A stretch of 64,000 bases of DNA from Nannocystales bacterium (lineage in GTDB: Bacteria; Myxococcota_A; Polyangia; Nannocystales; Nannocystaceae), in the NCBI GenBank assembly GCA_050633305.1, contig JBOEGF010000010.1, forward strand, positions 841,915-905,914, given 5' to 3'. Position 1 is the first letter of the stretch, and the number at the start of each line of letters is the position of its first letter. A program made the translations under genes and the position numbers. The notes below the pieces were generated by a model, which saw only the letters and a program-made list of their open reading frames with translations, was not told the origin of the DNA and searched no databases. This document shows, one piece after another, positions 39,105 to 48,806 of this stretch.

Positions 39105-41170
39105 GGAGTGGTCCCCGGGAAGTGGATCTGGTGCTTTTCGAAGTCGAGCACGAAGCGTGAGCGACCCAGGACACCCAGCCCGATCATGCCGTCGAGACGG
39201 AATCCGTCGGAGGACTGCGTCTGCTGGAAGTAGCCCCACGCCGATGCGAGGTCCTCGGTGGACATGGCATCGCCGAGCGTGAACGACTTGATGAGCGCCA
39301 TGGGTGCTTCTCCGGCTTGGAGTGGCGGCGTGGGGACAGCTGCGTGCTTGTAGGCTTGCCCGTTGGCGGTCATGTCCGCCCCGCGCATGCCCGTGTTCAC
39401 GAGGTAGACGCCCTCGGACTCGTTCATCGCACCCATCACGTAGATGTAGTGCGTCTCGTGCATCCAAAACGGCACGGTGGGTCCGGACAGCAGTGCCTTG
39501 CGCTCTGCCTTGCACTTTCGTGCGCCGGAGGCCAACTCGAGCGTGCCCTTGGGGACGTCGAGTGCAACGGCGAACTCGGTAAGCATGCCGACGCCGAGCA
39601 CGGCGCTGACCCGGTCGGACTCGTCTCCCGCCATGTCGGCGATGGCTTCGTCGTTGAAGACGTTCGCCGGAACGTTCTTCAAGGTGAGGCCACCCACGGC
39701 AACCGATGGCAGCTGGCCATGTCCGACGGGCGGCATGCCTTGGGCGATCTGAGAGCTGGCGGAGATCTCCATGCCCAGTTCGTCGGCGAGCGATCGCGTG
39801 ACGATGAGGTCAGCGGCGCCGGTATCGAAGATCGCGCCGACGGTTTTGTCACCGATCTTGATGTCGACCGTGGCGAGCGGCTTCTGCGTGGCCAGTGGTA
39901 TCTCCAGCTTGCACGCGTTGCCTTCGATCGAGGCTTCGAGCGGCGTCCCGACGAAGGCCTTGTAGCGCCCCGCAAGCTCGGTGTTGCCACCGGCTGCGAG
40001 GTCGACCGCGAACTTGTCGTACTTGCGCTGACGCAGGTGTACCCAGCCGTACTCGCGCGCGAGGACCTCTCCACGAACGTTGGCTTTCTTCGCCTGCTTG
40101 AGGAACTTCTCGGCGCGAGCGTAGTTCCCCGACAGGACGGCCCGTCGTGCCGTGAGCAGCAGTGCTTCGGGCTCTTTGGCGTCGAGCGCCAGGGCCTTGG
40201 CGAGCGCACGGTCTACGTCTTCGAAGTGCGCGGCGACGTACGCCACGCGGGCGAAGTCCATCCAAGCCGAGAGCTCTTTCGGGTTGCCTTCTGCGTTGGC
40301 ACGCGCGGCGGCCAACTGGGCGAGCACGGCGTCGGGCTCGGCCTTGGGTGGCGGCATCTCGGGCAACGCGAACTTGGTCGGGTCGATCGGATCGTGGCTG
40401 ACCCGCTGCACCGCGAAATCGATGCGCTGGGTTCGGCCGCTGAACTTGTTGACGACCCGGATCATGTGGGGAACCTGGACGCCGTCGATTTCCCGGTAGT
40501 CCTCGTAGACAACCACTTGAGTGGTGCCCGTCGACTCGTCGCCGCTGGTCTCTTCCCGACGCAGCCCGGTCTCCCGATCGAACCACAGCTGTTTCTCGAT
40601 CGTGGTGTCCTTGACGCGCCAGGCCAACCCGTCGAGCTGTCGGGCGTTGCCATCCGAGTCTTCTTTACGGCTGGCGATGAGCTCGGTTTCGACGCCGCGG
40701 GGGAGCACGTCGAGGTACCAATGAAGCACCGCTTCCTCGCGGTTGAGCTTCATCTCGTCATCGCTGTCGATGCGGAGCGTCTCGGGGGCGAGGAACGCCC
40801 ATCCTGTCTTGCCGTCGAAGCCGCGCTCTTCGAGTGCATCGCCGATCACATTGCGTCGGTAGAGGCGACCATCGGCGGTGCTCTGGTAGAAGTACGAACC
40901 CGTCTCTTCCTCGGAGTTTGCACAGAATGGATCGTCGGGTTGCTCGCAGCCTTCGCCCGGGTACAGGACCATGCGCGCCTCGAGGGTGCGCGCCTGCAAG
41001 GACCGAAGTGCCTTCTCGCCGCCGAGCGCCTCGACGTGCCGCGACAACAGCTCCGCCGCGGTCGTGGGGGCCACGGGGGACGCGCCCGGTTCCTTGGGGA
41101 ACTCCTCGGGGACTTTCAGGCACCCGGCGTTGGCAACGCCGAGCAGGAGGACGAGAGCAGCTGCACGCAT
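39101..41170 (-). CDS. Lipoprotein with sorting-like N-domain, TPR region and retropepsin-like aspartyl protease domains
   Basis: Lipobox NAGC, 'HVEALGG...YEDYREIDGVQVP', TPR helices, 'AIFDTGA' and a degenerate 'YLVNTGM'. Confidence 0.78.
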   Translation of the reverse strand: MRAAALVLLLGVANAGCLKVPEEFPKEPGASPVAPTTAAELLSRHVEALGGEKALRSLQARTLEARMVLYPGEGCEQPDDPFCANSEEETGSYFYQSTADGRLYRRNVIGDALEERGFDGKTGWAFLAPETLRIDSDDEMKLNREEAVLHWYLDVLPRGVETELIASRKEDSDGNARQLDGLAWRVKDTTIEKQLWFDRETGLRREETSGDESTGTTQVVVYEDYREIDGVQVPHMIRVVNKFSGRTQRIDFAVQRVSHDPIDPTKFALPEMPPPKAEPDAVLAQLAAARANAEGNPKELSAWMDFARVAYVAAHFEDVDRALAKALALDAKEPEALLLTARRAVLSGNYARAEKFLKQAKKANVRGEVLAREYGWVHLRQRKYDKFAVDLAAGGNTELAGRYKAFVGTPLEASIEGNACKLEIPLATQKPLATVDIKIGDKTVGAIFDTGAADLIVTRSLADELGMEISASSQIAQGMPPVGHGQLPSVAVGGLTLKNVPANVFNDEAIADMAGDESDRVSAVLGVGMLTEFAVALDVPKGTLELASGARKCKAERKALLSGPTVPFWMHETHYIYVMGAMNESEGVYLVNTGMRGADMTANGQAYKHAAVPTPPLQAGEAPMALIKSFTLGDAMSTEDLASAWGYFQQTQSSDGFRLDGMIGLGVLGRSRFVLDFEKHQIHFPGTTP

Positions 41171-41328
41171 GACGATCTCCGCTGGAGGCTGGCCTGAGCG
41201 CCTTCTGCCGTCAAGGAGCGGACCACGAGGCGTAACTGGGTGAAAGATTGGCCGTATTCCTCCGTTGAGAGGGCAGCGCGCAAATGCCGTTGTTACGCTT
41301 CCAGACCTTGGGTTCCCCGAAAAGAGCC

Positions 41329-42207
41329 ATGATTCCGGCGGTGCTGGGCCTTCTGGCCTCGGCATGTGCCGGCATGGGGGGTCCGGTGGTGGAGCGTCAC
41401 GAGCCGCTCTCGGCCGTTGCCCCGTACGAGCTGGCCGACCAGGTCGCGGCTCGGGCGGGAGAAGAGTGCGGGGAGACACTTCGCGAACAGCTGTTGTCGG
41501 GGCGAGCTGAGCCGGGCGACTGCAACGCGGTGGAGTCGAGTGCGGCCCGGATGACCATCCTTCACAACGGCGTGAAGTTCGGGGTCGTCGAGCACCGAGA
41601 CGTGGAGCTCGACCGGGTCCGGCTGCGGCTGGGCGAGGCTGGGCTGTGCAAGGGATGGCCGCTCCCGATCGATGACGATGCAGGCGTCGTGCTTCACGGC
41701 CGGGATGCCGACCGTGCGGGTTGTTTGGTCCGGCCCTATCGCGGAGCGCTGGTGCTCACCGCGATCGCAGCTAATGGGGTGCGACACCAAGCAGCGATGC
41801 TGGACGTGGACAAGAACGGCGAGGTCGTCTTCGAGTTTGCGGCGGTCGACGCGTCCCTGCGAAGAGCGGTTGGCCAAGGGCTCGACGCCTACGCGTGGTT
41901 GGAGTTGGGCGAGACCGCGTGGGCCGGCACGATCAACCTCGAACGCATGCGAGGCTTTCTCGCCGACTGGCACTTCGTGTGGGTCGCTCGAGGGCGTGGC
42001 TCGGCGGCGCTGTTCGCAGAGCGACACGCTGAGCACGCGCACGGGCCCGACGCCCAAGAAATGGCACTCCAGGCGCGGCTCGACCGACAGCGAGAGGACT
42101 TCGACGCCGTGTCGGAGGGCACCTTGACCGCCTCAGCGTTCCTCGAGCGTCATGTGTGGTCGCCGTTCCGGCATGCGGTCGAAGAACTCAGCGTCACTGC
42201 GGAGTAG
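41329..42207 (+). CDS. Hypothetical lipoprotein
   Basis: MIPAVLGLLASAC lipobox. Confidence 0.65.
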   Translation: MIPAVLGLLASACAGMGGPVVERHEPLSAVAPYELADQVAARAGEECGETLREQLLSGRAEPGDCNAVESSAARMTILHNGVKFGVVEHRDVELDRVRLRLGEAGLCKGWPLPIDDDAGVVLHGRDADRAGCLVRPYRGALVLTAIAANGVRHQAAMLDVDKNGEVVFEFAAVDASLRRAVGQGLDAYAWLELGETAWAGTINLERMRGFLADWHFVWVARGRGSAALFAERHAEHAHGPDAQEMALQARLDRQREDFDAVSEGTLTASAFLERHVWSPFRHAVEELSVTAE

Positions 42208-43000
42208 GCGGAGGCGTTCCACGGCCGCCGCGACCGGCTTGCTGGCGCCGCGCGTTGACCTTGGCTGGATCGAAGTCGCGGAGGATTCGGTTCTCGTCGG
42301 TCCAGATGCCCGGCATCATCGGAGGCGCGGGTCCGAGGGCGGAGTAGTCGACGGGCTCAGTGGGGGCTTCGGGGAAGTAGCCGACGTAGTCGATGTACGC
42401 ACGACTCCCGTACATGCGAAAACGGAACATGAGCTTGTCGGGTCCGGACTCGTAGAAGGCCCACACAGGCTCGGCGCCCGACCGAATCCGCTCTTGGAGA
42501 CCCATCACAAACGAGGTGGGGTTTTTGTACGTGGTCATCTCGTCCATTCGGCTTGCCGCTGCATGGGCGCCGTCGAAGAATTCGAGCAGGTTGTCTCCCT
42601 CGAAGATGGGACGTTCGTGGGGACGCCTTGGATCGGGGCGACCGAATGTGGCTCCGGGGGCCAGGGTGTATTGGAGTTCATCGACCGCGCCGCGCGAGAG
42701 CGAGGTGAGGAACGAGGCGACGATGCGCTTGCTCTGGAAGGGGAGTTGCCAAGCCGTGGCCTCGGCCCCAAGCCGTTCGCCGGCTGGAACGCTGAGCTTC
42801 CCGCCGGCGAGATCTCGTGCCCGATAGTGCTGGAGCAGAGTGCGCGATTGGCCGTCCTCCCCGGGGTCTACCGGAGCGCGGGAGGGAGCCACGGCTTCAC
42901 GCGGCGCGGTCTCCGTCCCCGCGGCCTGTGGGGCGTCGCAGCCAGAAGCAAGCAAAGCGCCGCAGAGGGAGAGCCACAGGCGGGTCGAAAACGCAGCCAT
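42194..43000 (-). CDS. Hypothetical lipoprotein
   Basis: LLASGC lipobox, native-looking composition. Confidence 0.7.
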   Translation of the reverse strand: MAAFSTRLWLSLCGALLASGCDAPQAAGTETAPREAVAPSRAPVDPGEDGQSRTLLQHYRARDLAGGKLSVPAGERLGAEATAWQLPFQSKRIVASFLTSLSRGAVDELQYTLAPGATFGRPDPRRPHERPIFEGDNLLEFFDGAHAAASRMDEMTTYKNPTSFVMGLQERIRSGAEPVWAFYESGPDKLMFRFRMYGSRAYIDYVGYFPEAPTEPVDYSALGPAPPMMPGIWTDENRILRDFDPAKVNARRQQAGRGGRGTPPPTPQ

Positions 43001-43092
43001 GCTTGAGACTTAGACTTCCTGGCGCCGTCGGGCAAGCCGCTCGACATCCCCGGGGTTGCGGGCTGTGGCCGATCTGGCACGATTCGGCCCCC

Positions 43093-44523
43093 ATGTCGGA
43101 ATCCAAGGACCGGTCTGACGCTTCCAAGGCGAAGACCTTCGACGAGGCTTGGGAATCTCTTCCTGAGCCGCCCAGTGGGTCCGGGGGTGGCACGAAGGCG
43201 TGGACCGAGGAGGTTCGCGGGGCTCGAAAGCACGACGGCGACGCGTCGGAGATCGAAGAACCAGCCCCAGAGCGGACCGACCGGACACGAGCGTGGACCG
43301 AAGACGTTCGTGGGGCTCGAAAGCAAGATGCGTCCCGGGGCGCGGCCTCGAAGCAGGATGAGATGGACCGCCTCATGCGTGCCGAGCCGGAGAGGACGGC
43401 TCCGCCGAGCGACGACGTCGAGCCGTCCGCGAGCACCTCGACCATGTCGTTCGATGCGCTCGACCTGCCCGAGCGTGCGAAGCCGGATGAGTCGTTGATG
43501 GACGCGCTGATGGGATCGGATGCATCCGGTTCGCGCGGGGAGACGCCGACTCCCGAGTCTGAGTCTGAGTCTGAGTCTGAGTCTGAGTGCGAATCTGAGT
43601 CTGAGTCGGACGCAGCGCCCGAGGACGAGTCCGAGTCCGAGGCACTCGAGGAGCAGGCAGCGTCTCGGGGAGACGACGCGGGGGGGGGGTCCGACGAGGC
43701 CGACGAGGCCGACGACAGTGAGCCGGAGGATGAGCTTCCGCCACCGATCGTGTTGCACCCGGACCGCGGATCGTCCGAGCCAGAGGTCCTGCCCACCGCG
43801 CCCCGCAAGAAGAAGAAGCACGCCAAGAAGAAGGGGAAGAAGCTGTTTCCGCTCCTGGTGGGAGGCACGGTCGCGGCAGGTTTGGCGCTGTGGCTCGGGC
43901 GGGAGCCCGATCCCAAGCCGGGATCCGGAGGGGACAACACGACCACCGACCTCGATGCCAAGTCTCTGGGGCCACCAACCCCGGACCTCCCGAGCGCGCC
44001 TCCGGAGACGACGCCCGACGTCGGCGTGCCGGAGGCAGTTCTCGCCCCCGAGCGGAAGCCACCTCCGGCTCCCGATCCCAACCGCGACCCTCGCGAGCCT
44101 CCGGAGGGGGCTTCGGCCGAGGCCGCAGCTGCATTCAAAAGACTGCCGGTCAGTCCCGCCGACCGGGCCCCCGTGGGAGGGGTTGGGAAGACGGGCATCC
44201 ATGTGGACGATGTTTCGATGGGCAGTGTCTACGAGCGCAGCCGCTGCTCGGGCGGAGACGGGTCGTTCTCCGTCGCGCAAGGTGACCTGGTCAACGTGTG
44301 CCTCCGTGTTGTGCACCAGCGCCAAAAAGAGGAGCTGTCCGTCGTCTGGCAAAAGATCGGCGGCAACGCTCGACGCGGCAAGATCGTCGTCAAGCCGATG
44401 CACGCGTATCGGACGCGGGCGTACCTCAAGCTTCGCAGTGAGTACGTCGGGGACTGGGAGGTGAAGGTGTTCTCGCAAGACGGCGCCCAGCTCGCTCGTT
44501 ACCCGTTCTCGATCGTCCCATAG
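43093..44523 (+). CDS. Single-TM protein with acidic disordered N-terminus and C-terminal DUF2914-like domain
   Basis: Poly-K before the TM, C-terminal 'YRTRAY...GDWEVKVFSQDG'. Confidence 0.7.
   Translation: MSESKDRSDASKAKTFDEAWESLPEPPSGSGGGTKAWTEEVRGARKHDGDASEIEEPAPERTDRTRAWTEDVRGARKQDASRGAASKQDEMDRLMRAEPERTAPPSDDVEPSASTSTMSFDALDLPERAKPDESLMDALMGSDASGSRGETPTPESESESESESECESESESDAAPEDESESEALEEQAASRGDDAGGGSDEADEADDSEPEDELPPPIVLHPDRGSSEPEVLPTAPRKKKKHAKKKGKKLFPLLVGGTVAAGLALWLGREPDPKPGSGGDNTTTDLDAKSLGPPTPDLPSAPPETTPDVGVPEAVLAPERKPPPAPDPNRDPREPPEGASAEAAAAFKRLPVSPADRAPVGGVGKTGIHVDDVSMGSVYERSRCSGGDGSFSVAQGDLVNVCLRVVHQRQKEELSVVWQKIGGNARRGKIVVKPMHAYRTRAYLKLRSEYVGDWEVKVFSQDGAQLARYPFSIVP
43555..43608 (+). 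repeat. (GAGTCT)n hexamer tract encoding (ES)n
   Basis: Five perfect and four variant or perfect units, read directly. Confidence 0.85.
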
Positions 44524-44599
44524 GCGCGGTGGCCGGGGGTCGAGGGCCGACCGTGTCTTTTTCGGGAACGCATGGAGGGCGGCGGCAACGACCCCTGCA

Positions 44600-45508
44600 A
44601 TGAGACCCTATCCATTCGTTCTTTCGCTTGCCTTCGGTGCCTCGTTCCTGTTCAGCAACACGGCGCAGGCGGAGTACTGCGGGAGCGTGTCCCTTCCGCT
44701 CGAAGGCGCCCAAGAGGTGATCATCGGAGAGTTTGCGACGGTGGCCACTCACCCACTCTTTCCCGATGCACTCATTCCGAGCGGAGACGTCGGGGTGTGC
44801 TGGCGCGACGAAACCCACGGATGGACGTTGGAGAGGGCGAACTGCGATACCACGACACCCAGCGCCGACCTGCTGTTCCTGCAGACCCACGCTGGTGACG
44901 ACACGGTCACGACGTTGCTTGTGGACCAGACGTACGACGTCGGCGGGCTCGAGTGGATTGCGGGCGCGCCGAGTCGTCAAGGCACGCCGCATGCGATGTA
45001 CTGCGGCTCGGACGAATTCGCGTTGGCGCCGTGGAACCCCGACTTCGCGTTTGGAGTGGAGGCGGTCCTCGGGACCGGGACCGATCGTTTCTTCGGCACC
45101 CCCGGCGACGACATCGCCTACAGCAACCAGCTCTTCACGACGGAGGTGCGGATCCCGGCTCCGTGGGGCCCGCTGACCACGGTTCAGACTGCCCCTGGAG
45201 ACAACGCCTCCGACGTGTTGTGTGGAGGCTACGGCGCGGACGAGTTGTATGGTGATGCGGATGACAGCTTGTCGGCCGAGGAGGTTCTCGACGGAGGCTA
45301 CGGCGACGACTTCTGTGACGGGGATCCCCTCAATTGGGGCTCGACCCCCGGCGGTTCCATCTTTGACGTCGCTCGGCACGTGAGCTCGGGCGACTACGGC
45401 TGCAACACGATCGAGCGAGCGACAACTCCCGCGATCTATCCCTCGACGTGGAGCATGGTCCACGAGTGCTGGGCGCTCGACAACCCCGTAGACTACTTCG
45501 GACTGTAG
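44600..45508 (+). CDS. Secreted protein with degenerate RTX/hemolysin-type Ca-binding repeats
   Basis: Sec signal (AQA), GGYGAD, GGYGDD, GTPGDD, GTGTD. Confidence 0.65.
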   Translation: MRPYPFVLSLAFGASFLFSNTAQAEYCGSVSLPLEGAQEVIIGEFATVATHPLFPDALIPSGDVGVCWRDETHGWTLERANCDTTTPSADLLFLQTHAGDDTVTTLLVDQTYDVGGLEWIAGAPSRQGTPHAMYCGSDEFALAPWNPDFAFGVEAVLGTGTDRFFGTPGDDIAYSNQLFTTEVRIPAPWGPLTTVQTAPGDNASDVLCGGYGADELYGDADDSLSAEEVLDGGYGDDFCDGDPLNWGSTPGGSIFDVARHVSSGDYGCNTIERATTPAIYPSTWSMVHECWALDNPVDYFGL

Positions 45509-45595
45509 CTTCGAGCGGACACGGGGCGTCGGATACTCATCAAGCGTCACAACCGGAGGCGCGGCGTGGGTTGTCGCCGGCCGGATCTCGTTCTT

Positions 45596-46012
45596 CTAGA
45601 AAACGACGAGGGCTGCGCGTACGACGAGCGACAGCAAGACGAAGCTCGACGCCGCGAACAGCAGGAATCGGATCTCGATCTTGTTGACGAGCGATTGCAG
45701 CAAGCTGTGGACGACACGGAGGCCGACGTAGGCCCACGCCAGCCCCGTGTTGACTCCCTCTCCATGCCCCGCGACGGCCAACACGAGCGCGATCGCGTAG
45801 AAGAGCGTGGGCATCTCCATGAGGTGGTTGTAGTTGTCCGCCTTCCATCGCACTTCGGGCGGAAGCGATGCCATTTGCTCGCCCCGCGGGATCCGGGGAT
45901 CCGACTTCATTTTGGCGCGATGCATCGCGGGCAGCCGGGTGGCGTACATCCACAGCCACATCACGAAGGTCCACGCGACCAGGGCGACGACCGGAGCGAG
46001 AATGGAGCTCAT
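45596..46012 (-). CDS. MAPEG-family membrane protein
   Basis: MWLWMYATR, KADNYNHLMEMPTLFY, AWAYVGLRVVHSL. Confidence 0.88.
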   Translation of the reverse strand: MSSILAPVVALVAWTFVMWLWMYATRLPAMHRAKMKSDPRIPRGEQMASLPPEVRWKADNYNHLMEMPTLFYAIALVLAVAGHGEGVNTGLAWAYVGLRVVHSLLQSLVNKIEIRFLLFAASSFVLLSLVVRAALVVF

Positions 46013-46055
46013 CGGGGGCAACGGTACGCTGGGGTCGGCGCCGGGTTCAATGCGC

Positions 46056-46697
46056 TCAGCTCCACCGGCCGGAAAGTCGCATGTGCGTCGCGGAGGCGTC
46101 GGCAACCTCGACCGTCGCGTTCCGAGCTCCGCACAGATCGAGGAGGGCTCGGAAGCCCGCCGTCAGGGCGATCCGTGTCGGCTCGCCCCACAGGTTCGGT
46201 GGGTGCTCCATGGACAGCTCGGCCGAACCTGGTCGGTTCTCGGAGACCTCCAGAGTGGTCCCGCGGTGGAGCGCCCCCCAACGTAGGGCTGCGGTGCGGA
46301 GCAGAAGATTGGGGGACGCCAGCTTCACGACCGCTCGGTACAGCGGGCTGTCGAACAAGCGGCGCTGTCGCAGGTAGCAGGAACGCTCGAACTCCTCGTG
46401 CGAGCCGAAGCACACGTCAAAGTGTGCGGTGAGCAAGGCGAGGGAGTGCGCTTCGGGGACCCACGCGCTCACCGGGTCCGGCTGCAGGACCATGCGTTTG
46501 AGCTGAGGCGGCAGCGTCTCGGCCGCGGTCCGTGGAATCGGTCTCATCTCGAGTGTCGACCGATACAGCGAGGCTTTCACGAGACACTCCGGGTGGCTCT
46601 CGAGTCCCTTCGGCAGCCGAGCGATGTAGGCCGCCGTGGCTGGGAAAAGCGCCTCCACCACAGCAGCATATCGCGGGGCGAGCACTCGGGGGTTCAT
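46056..46697 (-). CDS. Myxobacterial DUF2378-like protein
   Basis: 'VSAWVP', 'PLYRAVVKLASPNLLL...WGALHRGT'. Confidence 0.6.
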   Translation of the reverse strand: MNPRVLAPRYAAVVEALFPATAAYIARLPKGLESHPECLVKASLYRSTLEMRPIPRTAAETLPPQLKRMVLQPDPVSAWVPEAHSLALLTAHFDVCFGSHEEFERSCYLRQRRLFDSPLYRAVVKLASPNLLLRTAALRWGALHRGTTLEVSENRPGSAELSMEHPPNLWGEPTRIALTAGFRALLDLCGARNATVEVADASATHMRLSGRWS

Positions 46698-46825
46698 GGC
46701 ATCGCGTTCGGGTCGGGGTGGTGGTGGACCGATGTTCCGGCGCTCGCCCAGACGGGGGGCGATTGCGGGGCGGGAGCACGCGGGCTATGGGGACTGGGGG
46801 CGGTGGTGATGGGGCGAGTTCAGTG

Positions 46826-47680
46826 ATGGAGAGGCCGCATGGGGGCATTGTCGTCGGTCAGATTCCGGGGATGAAGATGAAGGCGGGGACCGATCCCGCA
46901 CATGCCGTCTCGCACACGGACCATGTGATCTTCGTGGTCGAGCGAGGGGCACGGCAGCTGGAGCTGGGTGGCCTCACGGTGCGTGCTAGCGCGGGGTCGA
47001 TCCTACTCCTCCCCGCGGGCGTGCCGCATCGGCCGCTTGGCAGCAGCGATGTGGAGGCTTGGTGCGTCGCCTTCTGTGCGTCGTGTCTTCAGCTTGGCGA
47101 GGAGCAGCTGCTGATGAGCGCGTTTCGTCGGATCCGAGGCGGCGCTCTGCCGCTGGCGGTGCCGGACGAGGCTCGACGTCCTCATCCGGCTCGGCTGTGT
47201 CGAGAACTCTACGAGGAGAACGAACGCGGGGCGCCTGAATCCAGGGAGCTGGCGCGCAGTTTGCTGCTGCTGCTGCTCGGCGAGGTGCATCGCGCCATGC
47301 CGGGTCCGGAGTACGCGGCCCAGCAGGACTCCCTCGTCAGCGATGCGCTCGAGTTCATTCGCCGCGAGTGCTTGACGCCAATCTCCCTCAAGGATGTCGC
47401 GGCTGCGGTTCACAAGTCTGCGGCGCACCTCACCACGACGGTGAAGGCGGAGACGGGACACACCGTCGGGGAGTGGATCCGGGCGGGACGGCTCTCGGAG
47501 GCGTGCAATCGTCTCGCCCACACCGACGACTCGGTCGAAGAAGTCTCAGCCGCCGTGGGCTGGAAGGATGCGACACAGCTCATCCGTCAGTTCCGGCGGG
47601 CCTACGGGGTGACACCCGCGGCGTGGCGGCGGGACATCGCCGCCGCACACATCAAGCCCCCGGGCTCGGGGAGGCGGTGA
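46826..47680 (+). CDS. AraC-family transcriptional regulator
   Basis: Cupin HSH...PAGVPH, C-terminal double HTH 'SLKDVAAAV...GWKDATQLIRQFRRAYGVTPAAWR'. Confidence 0.9.
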   Translation: MERPHGGIVVGQIPGMKMKAGTDPAHAVSHTDHVIFVVERGARQLELGGLTVRASAGSILLLPAGVPHRPLGSSDVEAWCVAFCASCLQLGEEQLLMSAFRRIRGGALPLAVPDEARRPHPARLCRELYEENERGAPESRELARSLLLLLLGEVHRAMPGPEYAAQQDSLVSDALEFIRRECLTPISLKDVAAAVHKSAAHLTTTVKAETGHTVGEWIRAGRLSEACNRLAHTDDSVEEVSAAVGWKDATQLIRQFRRAYGVTPAAWRRDIAAAHIKPPGSGRR

Positions 47681-47681
47681 A

Positions 47682-48635
47682 CTACGAGGCGGACTTGCGG
47701 TTCGCCATCGCCACGTCGCGCATGACGGCGCTGCCGCATGCGGCCCCCTGCGCCACCGCTGCGGTCAGGCCCCCAAACTGGCTCCGCGCATCGCCGACGA
47801 CGTACAGGTTGTCGATCGGCGTTTGGCCTTGTTCGCCGACGTCGAGCACGGTCCAACCTGCCGGGTTGCGGGTCGTTGGGATGCCGAGCTGGCTCGCGAA
47901 CGGAGTCGCGGGCACCGAGAAGGTCTCGGCGATGAACGCCACGTCCCGCTCGATGACCCGGCCGTCGCTCAACGCAAGTGCGGTGAGCTGGCCGCGCTTG
48001 TTGGAGACCACCTTGGAGACGGGTGTGTCGACGAGCGTGGCCCCATTGGCCTCCAAACGACGGCGGGTGTCTTCGTCGAGGTCTCCGGGATTGATGAACG
48101 CGGTCACGTCCGAAGAGCACAGCTGTTGGACCATCGCGACGTAGTGCTCGATCACGGGTGCGGCAATCCCTCGGACGAAGGCGGCGACGCGCTCTCCACG
48201 ATGTTCGAACCCGTCGCAGAAAGGGCACGGATAGGCCGAGCGCCCGTAGACATCCTGAATCCCAGGCAGGTTTAGGCGGGTGAGCTCGTCGCGATAGCCG
48301 GTCGCGAGGATGACCCGCTCGGCGCGCCAACCCAGTCCGTCGGCGTCGTGAAGCAGGAATCCTGGCGGGGTGGGGTCGACTGTCGCGACGCGGCCGACCC
48401 GGTATTCGACCGACCCATACTTCTCGAGCTGCTTCTTTGCGATGGCGAGAAGTTCGAGTGGATGCTCGCCGTCCCGGGTCAGGAGCCCGTGTGCGGCGGC
48501 GGTCACCGCGTTGCGGGGAGTCTCTGCGTTGATCACGACCGTGGTGATCGACGCTCGGGCCGCGACCAGTGCCGCGGCCATTCCGGCGGGGCCGCCTCCG
48601 ATGATCGCAAGTTGGACGTCGCGTGTTCCGTTCAT
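47682..48635 (-). CDS. Thioredoxin-reductase-like NAD(P)/FAD oxidoreductase
   Basis: IIGGGPAG, ILATG, CPFCDG, LYVVGD. Confidence 0.88.
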   Translation of the reverse strand: MNGTRDVQLAIIGGGPAGMAAALVAARASITTVVINAETPRNAVTAAAHGLLTRDGEHPLELLAIAKKQLEKYGSVEYRVGRVATVDPTPPGFLLHDADGLGWRAERVILATGYRDELTRLNLPGIQDVYGRSAYPCPFCDGFEHRGERVAAFVRGIAAPVIEHYVAMVQQLCSSDVTAFINPGDLDEDTRRRLEANGATLVDTPVSKVVSNKRGQLTALALSDGRVIERDVAFIAETFSVPATPFASQLGIPTTRNPAGWTVLDVGEQGQTPIDNLYVVGDARSQFGGLTAAVAQGAACGSAVMRDVAMANRKSAS

Positions 48636-48806
48636 TGTTGTTCCTGTCTCGGGCTCACGTAGGCAAGCAGCCCGACTCCAAAAGAAGATAGGAACCAGCG
48701 CCAGGTGGGGCTAGAGCACCATTTTGGGAACAATCGGCTTTTTTTTCGGTTTCGCCTCCCCAGGGAAGACCCCGGGGGGAGGGGCAAGCGGTTGCGAACC
48801 TCGAGG

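Noticed and set aside
39105..39515. N-terminal extension of hutF, and similar extensions of asnS, grxD, SRPBCC 50961-53345 and FG-GAP 56030
   Set aside because: The extensions overlap neighbouring real genes and are Arg/Pro-rich GC shadows. Family motifs begin at the downstream starts.
39317..41197. Long antisense ORFs (also 2883-4502, 20451-21752, 22153-23703, 42868-44478, 48705-50102, 54754-56361)
   Set aside because: They mirror well-supported genes on the opposite strand, which is expected from stop-codon scarcity at high GC.
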